A DNA stretch of 64,000 nucleotides from NCBI RefSeq assembly GCF_021028975.2, contig NC_059436.1:38812001-38876000 (forward strand). Direction: 5' to 3'. This document shows, piece after piece, positions 39,057-51,221 of this stretch; the first letter of the stretch is position 1; each line of letters begins with the position of its first letter. The position numbers and the translations under genes are program-made. This stretch comes from Sphaerodactylus townsendi. Its lineage: Eukaryota. The notes below the pieces were generated by a model. It was not told the DNA's origin and made no database searches. It saw only the letters and a list, made by a program, of their open reading frames with translations.

Positions 39057-39514
39057 CAGTGGTGGCGAACCTGTGGCACGGGTGCCAGAAGTGGCACTCA
39101 GAGCCCTCTCTGTGGACACGGGCAAACAGAGTCACCCCTGCCCCCCACACATCTAGGCTGGCCTGGGCCGCTGGGCTTGATTATTAGAATTAAACCTAAG
39201 ACCTAGTTTTGGGAAAGCAGTGTAGGTAACCCTGTTAAGCGCTGTTAAACCCCACTGATTTTCACGCGAAGAACTAAAGCGCAATCCTTTACCAGGGAGT
39301 AAACTCGGTTGTTGGCAATGGGGCTTGCTTCTGAGTAAACCTTCCGACTACCACCAAGCTTACTCCTGAGTAACGCGTGCCTCGGAGCCAACCGTTTTTT
39401 CTAAACTAAAACCTCAGTATTCAGGTTAAATTGCCACGTTGACACTTTGGGATAAATAAGCGGGTTTTGGGTTGCAATTTGGGCACTCGGTCTCGAAAAG
39501 GTTCGCCATCACTG
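39057..39514. mobile_element. Non-autonomous hAT transposon (same family as 5634-6105, different interior)
   Basis: Same TIRs; 8-bp TSD atctatgc. Confidence 0.9.
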
Positions 39515-42500
39515 ATCTATGCTGCAATATTGTATCTTTAGTATCTATGCTGCAGTTTTGAGAGAATAAGTCTTTTTGAGGCTGTGTCTGCACTCTCTAT
39601 GAACAGAGCCAGATACCTGGGCAATCCCTGTTGTGGAATGGTTGGAATCTGAGACTACGACCAGGGAGACTCCTGTCCAAATTCCCATTCAGCTGTGAAG
39701 CTAACAAGGGGCCAGGCATACTCTCAGCATAACCTCCTTCAGATGTAACTGTGAGCATAAAAGGGAGGGGTGAACATGGATGCCCCCTGGAGCTCATTGG
39801 AGGAACATCAGGATTAAAACGGGCAGTGATTCCACACCCAACTTCAGATGAGAAGGTGAGGCCAGAGACTCCTTCCCCTCCATGCATTCTTGAAGGCAGA
39901 GTTATAACTTCGAAAGGCCCTTTAGCAGGTGTACGAAGGAATACAACAGACCTGGAGACCTGGGCCAAAACGACAACCAAGGCAATCAAGGGACTAGCAT
40001 ATTTTTTTCTACAAAGAACCAACACATTTGGGACTTTTTGGTCCAAAAAGGAAGATGGTGAAACAGGGTCCAAGGATGGCGGACGAAATTGTGGATAGAG
40101 TTTGTCTTTCTTTGTGCTCTAACCTGGCATCAGCCAATGAAACTGATCAGTAGATTCAGGCCGGACAAAAATAAATGCTTCATCATTCCAAGAGCTTGTG
40201 ATTGCTTTTTAAAGAGTTTGACAGTCCCATAGAGAATAAACGCATCAACAACCACCAAGAGCCGTAATAGCTAAATAGAAACCCCATTTTCTCAATCATA
40301 CCACTTTACTGGAGTGCAAAGGAGAAAGGCGCGCATCTGGCTGGGTACCGTCAGCAAGGGGATGCTAGGCCAGCAGAGTACTTAAGGCCAAAGCTGGGAT
40401 TCATACAGACACACAACAAGCAACAGCTTCTAACATAGTTAGTGATTACAGGAAGACTTTCTGACGTGTGGGAAATTTTGGGTTCAAAAAAGCTCTTAAT
40501 TATTCAGTGCATTTGCTGCTTGGGTCAGATTAACAGTTGACTGCAGGGTTTTCCTGAGGTCATCGGCCTTTTGCACACACAAGTTGTTCACAATATATCT
40601 TGCCACCAAATGCTACTTATTCTCTTTCAGTTTTGCATGCTTTTTTCTCCCATTTTGTTCTGGAAACGTTGCCCGCTTTTCCACCATTGCTTTCCTCAGC
40701 ACCTTTCCTGTGATTTTTTTTCACCCATTTCTGTGCCAGCTTTCCTTGACCATGTGATCATGTTGAAATGGTCTTTATATTACCTTCCACATCATGACTT
40801 TCCCCATTGCGGTTTTGCTGTATCGCGGGTTGGCATAAGAGATTAAACAGGAATTTTGGGAGAGTTTTGCGGAAGCTACAGGCAACATGCGAAGGCCAGC
40901 AGACAACACAAAAAGTTTAGAAACTCAGAAATGCATAAAGTATATGTATAGTATTGTATAATATCAATATATTTTATCCTTTAACACCATAAATGTACAC
41001 AATTTCTTTTTAAAAATTAAAAGAAAAATTCAGATTTCTTCTCCGGTACGAAGGGAGGGCCAAAATTTTTTACGTGGATTTCCAGGTCGTGGGGGGTGTC
41101 ACTCCCTTAACCCCAGCGAAATAAAAAGGGTAATTATTTCTCTGCCTGACCAAACACCTGGCCTTTTTCCATGCTCCCATGTAGTTACCCAACCTCCCCT
41201 TTAGCCATTGCTTCCTCCCCTCATTCTCCATATTCTGAAGGATTTTTTTAAAAAAATTAACTATCGCATTAGCAATTTAATATATGGGGAACAGACACAA
41301 ACCAGGTCAATTGTATCAGCTTTGTCAATTTCATCCAGAATGAACATAGCACCTTAAAGCAAAGCTACAAAGTGTGTACAGTTAGAAGTTAATGAAATTA
41401 ACGAAGGGGAGATTTTCTTTTGCAGGAGAAAATTTACAGGCGACTGCTGCAGTAAAGCAGTTCCTAGTCAATTACCTCCTACAAAACTGTCCTCCCTTGT
41501 CAATTTCACTGGCTCCATTGTATTTCTGCTTTAACATGATGCTCATTGGGTATGAAATTGACAAAGCTGATACAATCAACCTGGCGAATGTCTGTGCATT
41601 GCTAATGCTAATGTTACATTGCTAATGCAATAAATCATTTTTTTAAAATCCTTTTGAAAACAGACACAAGGGAAATTTTGTCTTGTGTCAATGATGACAT
41701 CCCACCACCATTAGGAATGGGTTTTCTATAACAGTGTGAAGAAAAATACGACTGAGGAGACAAAGGGGAAGATCATGAGGGAGGGTGGAGGTGTGTAGAA
41801 TGTTTCCAAGACACAAGGTTTGGTCACTGGGAAAATCTGGCGTAAGCTGCGAATGCGGAAAAGGCCATTGTTTGGGAATAACTCAGTGAGGGACCTTAAC
41901 CAAAACTGGCTGAAAGCTTTCATCCCAAAATGGTGTGTGAGTGTGTGTGTGTATGGGGGGGATTAAGCCACCTCGGCAGCAAATGAAGACCTATGAACCA
42001 GCCCAAGTGCTCTTTTAACCTGAAATAGAGCAGTAAAAATGGCAAAGATGTGTTTTTGTTTTAAATTGAACACAGAGGAAATTACAGCTCTTGGGCACCC
42101 AAAAACCCAGCTCCTGCAACACAAGAGGATTTGTAATGAGTACCTAATAAAATTAGCTTATGTTATTCCCTCCAGATGGAGTTGGTGAGAATGTATGCAA
42201 ACTGAAAATGGCCACCACACATTTTTGGGGCAGCCACGCTAGATTTGCTGACAGTTTATTTCAAAACTGTCCACCTCTGCAAGACAGTTGTCATACTCTT
42301 TACTCATAACCATATACTTCTGCAGAATGCATCAAAGAAAGCTATTTGTATGCCAAGCCGTGTCTTAACCGCATCCTAGGGTCAAGGCCTCAATTCACAC
42401 CCCCATCAGCCAGCCAACATAGATCCTGCACCATTAGAGGATTTAACTCTTAATCTCAGTCACTGTGAATAAAGTAGGAAGAGGTGAGTTTTAGTCCCTG

Positions 42501-42625
42501 AGAACCCAAAAGTATTAGTTCAATAATACTGAGCCCTTTGGAGGAGGGCGGTATACAAATCGAATAATACAATACAATAATACAATAACAGAGCATCAGC
42601 ACAAAAGTCCAACCAGGCAGATGGT

Positions 42626-42631
42626 TTTATT
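42626..42631 (-). terminator. Candidate FBXW2 polyadenylation signal (AATAAA), implying a ~1.6 kb 3' UTR
   Basis: tttatt on +, i.e. AATAAA on -, with GU/U-rich ggttggacttttgt just downstream. The stretch from the stop codon to here shows no obvious repeats. Confidence 0.5.
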
Positions 42632-44242
42632 AATATTGTGTAAACTTTTGTAGCACGTGCCGGAAGAAGACGGCCATCTTTGATCCAGCGCCCCTCCCAG
42701 AACAGAAGAACGGGTGGATGGGTGGGGAGTGAGCCCTCCCCTCTGCCACAGGTTGTTCAGCCCTTTCTTGCCACTAATCTTAAATTACTTAAGTTGGGCT
42801 CTCAGGCGTCCTGGCTTCCGCCAAACCACAGCTTTGGCCTCTGCACGGGAAACAAATTGTGAAAGGAGCATCCCTGGAACGATGTAGGGCTGTTGTTGTT
42901 GTTTTATTTGACAGCACTGTGCCACAGTACTTCAATGAGCCATTGCAGGAACAAAAGCCTCCGTGGGCTTGCAGAGATTAGTAGCTAAGATAAAGTCTGC
43001 CAAGTGCTAGAAGGCTTCCTTCTGACTCTCTGCTACCCAGTCCTTTCCCTAAACAGGACACTGTTGCACATGGGAGCTCTACGCTACCACCCATCCTCGT
43101 CTCTTCTTATTAGATTCAGGAAGCAAAGGATGGACAGAGAAGCAGGTTTCTCCTTGCAGAGAGATCAGGGCAAGGGAGGTGAATTACTTTTTTTCCCCCG
43201 AGGGAGCCAGGACCTTGACAGAAACACTGAATCTGCTAAGCAGGCAGGTTCAAGGCTGTTTTCAACCGCACATGCGTGTGGACCTTTCCTCCATCAGTAG
43301 CCACTACAGGCACATGGAACCTTCCGCTGACTTGATGGCTTGTTAAAAAAAAAAGGCAACTCACTTAAATCGGCCCAAACATTTGCCTCATGAGACAAAA
43401 CAGGCCTCTGGTGATTGATGCTTGGATGTTGACCCCCACCCCACTGGTTCCCCTTCACCACACACAGAAGTGAATGCCCATTCCAAAAGCCAGGCTTTGA
43501 AGAGAATGTTTGCTGAGCCGGGAGACTCACTGCTTTCCCCAAATAATCGCAAGGCCACCTGCTCTAGATATTCACTGCTACACGTGAGAACAGCCAGGCC
43601 TCCGGGAAGAGGAGGGGGGTTCGTTTTCACTGCACACAGAAGTGGAAGTGCCTGCGGTCAGCGAGGTGACATCTGAACAGCCACAGAGAAACTGATTCAC
43701 CTGCTGTAGCAATCCGATTTTCCACAGTGGAGGTGAACGCCTTGGGAACGAGATGTCTGAAAGAAACAATCTGATTCGCTACCTGCTCTTTCCTATCTGA
43801 GAAAGATAAGGGCAGGAGGGGGAAGGGAGGAGAGCGGAGACCCTCCTCCTTTTGAATGGCATCGCTTTTTTCTCCCCGAAAGGAAAAAGAAGAATCAAAC
43901 CAACAACCCTAAAGCCATAGTCGAGAAAGATGCCCAAATGTGTATGCTTGAACATTAATACACAAGCCGGTTCTGAAGGATGTTAGCATGCCGTGGCGCA
44001 TTAATGTTCTAAAAATAATAATGATACACACACCCCTCTCTGATATTCCGCACCTCCCCATCTTCTCCAATGCCCTAGGAAATTAAAGGTAAAATGATTG
44101 TACATTGCATGATGGGAGTCTGGAAGATGCGCAGCTTTGGTTCATGCAAAGTCTTCTCTGGCCGACTTGCTGCTGGCAGTCTCAACTGTCTGTTCGTTTG
44201 TTTAAAAAAGCCACAGGTCACACGTGCATCTGCCGCTCCCCT

Positions 44243-44531
44243 TCAGCCGTGTTCCTTCCACAACACCAGATGAATACTGTGGTCGGGCATGCTGGTGGCA
44301 AAGACCAATCCCATGTCATTCTGGCCGTCCAAGCCATTGAGCCAAGACATTTCTCCAGCCAAAAAGCTCGAGCCCCTCTTGGACTTCCTGTACTCTGGCA
44401 GCGGCCAGCGGCTGATCAGTTTCTCTGTCCTCAAATCCATGATGTACAGGTAGTGGTTATCAAACAGGAGGGCAAAAATGTCACCGAAGCCCAGCAAGGA
44501 CAAGTTTGCAAACTCGGGAGGCTTGATAACC
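44243..44531 (-). CDS. FBXW2: FBXW2 last coding exon (289 nt; VIKPPEF...LVLWKEHG*)
   Basis: Matches the FBXW2 C-terminus; ccacag| acceptor. The six exons sum to 1365 nt = 454 aa + stop. Confidence 0.97.
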
Positions 44532-45388
44532 CTGTGGAGAGAAGAAGGCAGCGGCGGCGGGGGATCACAAAAAGCACGGCGTGCAGATTAGCCTTAAAGA
44601 GACAAGGGTTTATAACAGGGATAAATCTAAGCTAGTGCCTAGATGCTGCGATCAAAATGAAAGACAGAGAATGAACTGAGGCTGAATCCAGACAAGACAG
44701 AGATATTGCTCGCCTTGAAGCTTGATGCCCTGGAAAGGGCGGGTCTGCAGCTAGATAAAGGGTGTCGCTCATGTGGCCTGTGAGCTGGATTCGGCACCTT
44801 GACAGAGCTTAGGAGGCCAGTGAGCCAGCTGAGGCAACCCCCATCCCAGCTCCCGATCTGGCCTGGCAAACCCGCTGCGGACTTGTAAGTCCACACACCC
44901 ACCCCACCCCGCTCCCAGTCTGGGCGGGTGAACCTGCAGGAGGCTTGCCAAGCAGGCACCTACTCCACCCTGCTTTTGATCTGGTCTGGTAAGCCCACTG
45001 AGGCAGCCCCCCCCCCCCCCCCCCCCGACCCTGGTGCCGACCCACCTTACCCAGTGTGGATCTGGACTGGTGAGGCTGTTGCAGGCTTGCCAGCTGAGGT
45101 GGCCAACACCATCTTCAGGGCTGTTCTGGGATGGTGAGGCCATTGTGGGCTCGCCAGTCAACCCCTACCCCCACCCAGGCCCTACCCGACAGTCACACTG
45201 ATGTCATATCTTGCCTTAGTAACAAATGACTTTGACACCCCTGAACTAATACAGTGCAAGACAGTCCCTTTCATTCATTTAAAGCAAGATCTTCATCGGA
45301 ATTTTCTATGCGTTCCAAGACCCTCTTGCAAATGAAGCTCCATGCTACTATCTCCTTCCAACACAAAATGCAGAAATCTCAAATGGGT

Positions 45389-45755
45389 GAAGAAGAAGAA
45401 GAAGAAGAAGAAGAAGAAGAAGAAGAAGAAGAAGAAGAAGAAGAAGAAGAAGAAGAAGAAGAAGAAGAAGAAGAAGAGGAGGAGTTTGGATTTATATCCC
45501 CCCTTTCTCTCCTGCAGGAGACTCAAAGGGGCTTACAATCTCCTTGCCCTTCCCCCCTCACAACAAGCACCCTGTAAGGTAGGTGGGGCTGAGAGAGCTC
45601 TGAGAAGCTGTGACTAGCCCAAGGTCACCCAGGTGGCATGTGTGGGAGTGCACAGGCTAATCTGAATTCCCCAGATAAGCCTCCACAGCTCAAGTGGCAG
45701 AGCAGGGAATGAAACCCGGTTCCTCCAGATTAGATACACGAGCCCTTAACCTCGT
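45389..45755 (-). mobile_element. Squam3-like SINE with expanded (GAA)n tail (45389-~45476) in the last FBXW2 intron
   Basis: Family match; about 29 pure GAA units. Confidence 0.85.
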
Positions 45756-45993
45756 TTACAGGCTCTTTTTCCGGGCTCTGTATTGACAAATACGTAGCAT
45801 TACTGAGCCACATGCTGCATTTTACGGCTATTTCATGCCATGAGCAGAAACAAATCCACACTTTGTCACTGGACCACTTTGTCACTGGACCACTCTTGCT
45901 TTTCTCTCCTGGCGAATTTCCAACAAGAGGCATAAAGATCAATGCTAGCTTTCCTAGACACAAATATTTCAGCCTAGAAGTCAAAGTGTTTAC

Positions 45994-46163
45994 CTGAGAA
46001 TATCATAGCTGGCAAAATCCCACTGGTACAGTCCAAGCGCTGAACTACACACAATGTACTTCCCATCAAAGTGAAGCCGGGGCTGCAAAGAGATGCTGCG
46101 ATCTTCCGAGACCGTCAGAGTTTTTAAGCATTTGCAGTTGATCTCTCTTCCGATGGGCCAGAT
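45994..46163 (-). CDS. FBXW2: FBXW2 coding exon 5 (170 nt; [11 protein letters not shown]...YDILR)
   Basis: Read by hand from the reverse strand (not in the ORF track); aaatag| acceptor and |gtaaac donor. Confidence 0.95.
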
Positions 46164-46990
46164 CTATTTTTTTTAAATTAAAAATATGGGAAATTTGGAA
46201 GCTTGTGGCAATATGAAGAAAAACATTAACCATTTACCAGCAACCAACCCTACCTGAGGAGTCTCTGTCTAAAATGACCTCCCAGAGCATCTCCACGCTC
46301 TCAACACCCTCCCTTCAACTCCTCCCTCATTGTGCCTTTGCCATTAAGCCTTTGTCTACATGAACCTGCTTCATACTGAGTCAACCATAAGTCCATTGAA
46401 AAGTGCCTAGCAGAAGCTCTCCAGAAAAAAAGTCTTTTCCAATTTCTGCTGCCCCAGATCCTTTAACCCGAGATACCAAAAATGGGATCTTTTGAACGCA
46501 ACACTGACACTTCTCAACAATTCCATGGATCTAGCCACTGGCTTAACCCTTTTGTCCACTAAAGAAGGGAAGCCCAAGTATGGGTAACTGCATCAGTATA
46601 CACTCATAGCCAGTCCCTTTCACTGTCAGAATTGAGACGACAAAACTCTTGGATCTTTTGCTTATGTTAATTTATAAAGTGCTGCCTATCCCAATTTTAT
46701 CCATAAATAACTGAGGTAACACTTTGGGAGGTGTGCTTTATCAGCTGCACAGTACATAAACAAGGCACAATATACTTTTGTAGTATTAATCCCATACTAA
46801 GGCTAGATTTATCTATTTGAAATGGAGAAGCGAGGATTTAGGTCCTTGGGACCTCTGTCTTTTTTGGCATTCTGGTCATGCGTGCATTTAGTTATACGTA
46901 ACCAATCCGATCTTCATGCACGCCCTTCCTGTTTAAGCCTGCGACTTCCCCTATGTAACCAAAGTTCAACAAGACGGACACACTCATTAC

Positions 46991-47077
46991 CTTGATTTCA
47001 TACTTGTCAGCACTTAAAAGAATGTAATCCCCAGGGCTGTGCATGATGGATTTGACTTTGCACTTTTGCAAGACCAC
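46991..47077 (-). CDS. FBXW2: FBXW2 coding exon 4 (87 nt; [10 protein letters not shown]...KYEIK)
   Basis: Translation match; ttgcag| acceptor and |gtaatg donor. Confidence 0.97.
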
Positions 47078-47322
47078 CTGCAACAGGAAAGAAGATGAGG
47101 TTAGACCCAGGGCACAAAAGATCAGTTTGCAACAGGCACGGCACCGCTTGTTCAGGTACGTTTGTGTCCTGGGTGGCGAAAGCCCTCTCACTAAAAAAAA
47201 ACAGTTCCCAATCTTCTGTAGCTCCACAGCAGCCCCACCCTCTGATCTGTTGAGTTTGTGGGAAGACTTAGAACATTGAGAAAGGACAGTGTGGACTGCC
47301 ACAAAATGGCCACCATGTAGGG

Positions 47323-47470
47323 CAGGGATAGCCAACCTATGGCACTCCAGATGTTCATGGATTACAATTCCCATCAGTCCCTGCCAGCATGGCCAATTGA
47401 TCATGCTGGCAGGGGCTGATGGGAATTGTAGTCCATGAACATCTGGAGTGCCATAGGTTAGCCAACCCTG
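47323..47470. mobile_element. Palindromic hAT MITE (relatives at 48715-48852 and ~18490-18606)
   Basis: Fold-back sequence with 8-bp TSD atgtaggg (47315-22 and 47471-78). Confidence 0.85.
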
Positions 47471-47491
47471 ATGTAGGGCAATCAGAAAAGG

Positions 47492-47708
47492 GGTGCTGTG
47501 TAGTTTCCGGGCTGTATGGCCGTGTTCTAGCAGCATTCTCTCCTGACGTTTCGCCTGCATCTGTGGCTGGCATCTTCAGAGGAGATCCTCTGAAGATGCC
47601 AGCCACAGATGCAGGTGAAACGTCAGGAGAGAATGCTGCTAGAACACGGCCATACAGCCCGGAAACCACACAGAACCCCAGTGATTCTGGCTGTGAAAGC
47701 CTTCGACA
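47492..47708. mobile_element. Palindromic Penelope-like element with hammerhead motifs, in an FBXW2 intron
   Basis: ~90-bp near-perfect inverted arms centred at ~47585; 12-bp TSD aatcagaaaagg (47480-47491 and 47709-47720). Confidence 0.85.
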
Positions 47709-48309
47709 AATCAGAAAAGGCTTTGAGTATGCAAATCAAGCAACTTCCAAGGATGCAGACAGCTGTTTCTGAACAGCCACTTCCTGCAGGCTTAAGGGTA
47801 ATGCCTCCTAGGTTCATTTGAATTGCCTCCCGCTCCAGTGAAGTGTAGGTAAGCCAGGCTTGGTTATTTGCTTTGGGGGAAAAACAGGAACAGCTCCCCA
47901 CCCTCCTCTATGTGACAGCCCTTCAAATACTTCACATAAACCCAGGTGACGACTGAGCAGCCGCACAGCGAGCTTCTCTCCTAGTTTTAAATTAGTTTAT
48001 GGCTTTTCTCTGTTGTTTTATTGCTTTAACTACCAACAGGAGACTATTTGCAACTATACGGAACACTTCTGAGCACATGCAGAGACAAGGGAAGGGCCTG
48101 GAGTTCGCTATAAAGTCGGATGTAGTTGGGATTTCTTTTGGCATATAGCATTTTCCTCATTTGATCCTGGACTTCTGGGGACAACCTGTTTAAAGTCCTA
48201 AAACCTGTAATTGATTTAAACAAACAGGAGTAATGGAAGAGCTCGCTGCAATTAAACAAATAAACTGTTGGCTGAAGTAGAATTTCTCCAAATCTGCTGC
48301 CCTTTACTT

Positions 48310-48700
48310 TGTATAATAATAATAAACCTTTAATGGCATGATTTAAATATATGTATATATGCACAGTGTAATAAATACAATTACCAATACAGTTAAGACC
48401 GTTTGCTAATAACAGAGCACAGAAAGTTAGCCAACCCTTCCAATACTTCCGCAGATTCATTGTCTAATAGAGTTAACATAATTGATAAATCAGTATAATC
48501 AATGCAAGTTCTCAGCCACGGGTCCAGAAATTTATTTCTAGCTAAGCTATGTATCGAAAAATGTAACAACACATATTGGACCGATTCTTCATAAGCTGAG
48601 CTGCAGGGACAGTATCTTTCATTAAAAGGCACTTTCTGTATTCTACCCTGACTGGTAGCTGAGGGGAGAATATTACATCTGGCAAGAGTCACAGTTTGGG
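48310..48700 (-). mobile_element. LINE 3' remnant (Cys/His-rich C-terminus) in an FBXW2 intron
   Basis: TLARCNILPSA...ERYCPCSSAYEESVQYVLLH...RNKFLDPWL; AT-rich tail. Confidence 0.6.
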
Positions 48701-49329
48701 CTGTGACTCTAGTACAGGGGTCTTCAAACTATGGCCCTCCAGATGTTCATAGACTACAATTCCCATGAGCCCTACCACTTGGCCATGCTGGCAGGGGCTG
48801 ATGGGAATTGTAGTCCATGAACATCTGGAGAGCCGCAGGTTGCAGACCCCTGCTCACGATCATATCAACTCTTTTTGATAATCAGCTTTAACTCATTAAG
48901 ATTCAGTAGAGCCGCTTTACTTTGTATTAGGATGCCTACTCTGCTCTACTTCAAGTAGAATTTTTCTATACCTGCTTGAATGTGCTGCGCTGTGTTCTAC
49001 TTTGTATCTGTGTTCTACTCTGTATTGGGACGCCTACTCTGCTTCACTTCGCTCTATCCTGTGCTGAGATGGCCTGCATTCGAGGCCTGCTCTGACTGGA
49101 TACTAGGAAAAATGCCACAGCTTTTCTGCTGTAAGTTATGCCATTGTGAACAGGAAGCCCAGGGGTGCAGGGGTCAAAGGGTACCAAGGAACAAGAGGAC
49201 GGGAGGGCAGAAGGACAACTAGTGGATCGGTTTGTCTGGCCTGTCACCAGCCCCAACTTGGGGGCAGAGCTGGAGTTTTGGCAGCCAAGAGTTCCTTGGG
49301 CTTAAAGGAATTTCTTGACACAGGCATAC

Positions 49330-49463
49330 CTTGGTGACCCATTCTGTGTGTCCTGTCAGTGTGTTGAGACATACTCCAGTCGATAATGCCCAGACTTTCA
49401 CAGTGAAATCTGCTGAGCCGCTGACAAGAATATCCAAGTCGTCATTGTAATCCACGCTAAAAA
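49330..49463 (-). CDS. FBXW2: FBXW2 coding exon 3 (134 nt; [10 protein letters not shown]...EWVTK)
   Basis: Translation match; ttgtag| acceptor and |gtatgc donor. Confidence 0.97.
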
Positions 49464-49799
49464 CTACAAAGCAGAAGGCAGAGAGAACAATCTTGATCCG
49501 TGATGCCAACTTTCATTTTCTCATTTGGGACTCATTTATTTACTCTATATCCACCTTGCTCACTGAGACTCAAAGCGGATTATAGGAAATAAAAGTGCAA
49601 GCAAGTGGAATAAAACAACCAATAAATAATGCAACTGGACTAAGATTTCATAATAAGATAACAGTGGCTTTTTATTTGAATTGAATGTTATATTTTATAA
49701 GGGCAGGAGAGATGGCTCCTTGCCCCTGACAAACTTGTAACTATGCCATCAGAGGTATGGTTAAAGAACCACCATGGAGAGGTATTTCTTTGCTTTCTA

Positions 49800-50365
49800 T
49801 CCCTCAAAAAGGATATCAAAGAGAGAAAAAGTGCAGAGAAGGGCAATGAGGATGATTGAGGGACTGGAGCACCTTCCTTATGAGGAGAGGCTGCAGCATT
49901 TGGGACTCTTTAGTTTAGAGAGGAGACGTCTGAGGGGGGATATGATTGAAGTCTATTTAATTATGATGGGGTAGAAAATGTTAACAGAGAGAAATTTTTC
50001 TCTCTTTCTCACAATACTATAACCAGGGGGCATACATTGAAAATGCTGGGGGGAAGAATTAGGACTAATTGGTGTTTGGAATATGCTAACCTGGATAGCC
50101 ACTAACCTAACCAGCTTTAAAGGGGGCTTGAACAGATTATGAAGGAGAAGTCGATCTATGGCTACCAATCTTGATCCTCCTTGATCTGAGATTGCAAATG
50201 CCTTATCACACCAGGTGCTCGGGAGCAGCAGCTGCAGCAGGTCCTTGCTTTCACATCCTGCATGTGAGCTCCCCAAGGCATCTGGTGGGCCACTGCAAGT
50301 AGCAGAATGCTGGACTAGATGGACTCTGGTCTGATCCAGCAGGCTTTTTCTTATGTTCTTATGAT
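49800..50365 (+). mobile_element. CR1 LINE 3' fragment in an FBXW2 intron
   Basis: EKVQRRAMRMIEGLEHLPYEERLQHLGLFSLERRRLRGDMIEVY; ttcttatgttcttatg tail; same subfamily as 10707-11868. Confidence 0.9.
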
Positions 50366-51026
50366 ATTGTGGCTCTGGAGTTCCTTCTTGATGAAGGTTT
50401 GCTTGCCTCAGGTTTCCTGGCATTGCATCGAATACTTTGAAGACCACTTTGTATTAGGGCCTTGGTTGGATATGCTGCTTTTTAATGACTGGTCTGGTTT
50501 TAATGACTGTAATGCTTTTTATGATGTTGGTTTTATTTATACAGTTAAAGTCAGAATTAGGGACTGGTTGTTGGGCTGAAGGCTTAATTTTTATCGCAGT
50601 GTTGTGGGATTTGTGTATGTGGAGGGTTTTTTTAGCATATTTCAAACCTGTCTGGACTGAAGGGCAGGAAAGAAATGATTTTAGTAAAACCAATCTTGAA
50701 ATTTGTTTCTGTCAGAAATGAATAATTAACTTGAATAGACATAGAAGCATGTGAAGTCTGCTCTGAACAACACTTCAACAAATAGAAAGTGAACAAAATC
50801 ATTATGCAAAACTTGAATTAAAGGACTGTGTATAGACAGCATCATAACCTTTTCATATAACTATTAAGGAAATTCCAATTCCAAAGCCTTTATTGGCATT
50901 ATATTAAGGAAATTCTTTTAAGTGTTAAAGAAATAAATTCTTTACTAAAAAAAATCCATCAATAAAGTGGAGGAGAGTCTTCAAACCAGTGAGATATTTT
51001 AGCCTCTTCTGCGGCCCACAACCTAC

Positions 51027-51221
51027 CTGCTCCTGTGTGGCCTCGGAAATACTGGGTTTTAGCTCCCGAGCTCCACTCCCAGCAGGCTACTGTGTTATCA
51101 AAAGAACCTGTGACAAGTTTTTCCTCATCAAACTTCACTGCTGCACAGGTGTGGGTCTGGATCCCGTAGATGCACTGCCCAGTGCTCACGTCCCACAGCT
51201 TCGCAGACAAGTCATCTGACC
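51027..51221 (-). CDS. FBXW2: FBXW2 coding exon 2 (195 nt; WD40, [11 protein letters not shown]...RGHTGA)
   Basis: Translation matches FBXW2; ctgcag| acceptor, |gtaggt donor, phase consistent with neighbours. Confidence 0.97.

Noticed and set aside
39597-40098. Overlapping 158-aa and 115-aa ORFs
   Set aside because: Built from a decayed SINE and a CR1 3' remnant (TTKAIKGL...ttgggactttt).
44105-44635. 176-aa plus-strand ORF
   Set aside because: Antisense shadow of the FBXW2 last exon with no independent signal.
45254-45617. Poly-E/K/F ORFs
   Set aside because: Translations of the (GAA)n SINE tail.
46892-47560. 222-aa minus-strand ORF
   Set aside because: Chance fusion of PLE and MITE palindromes, intron sequence and the 87-nt FBXW2 exon 4.
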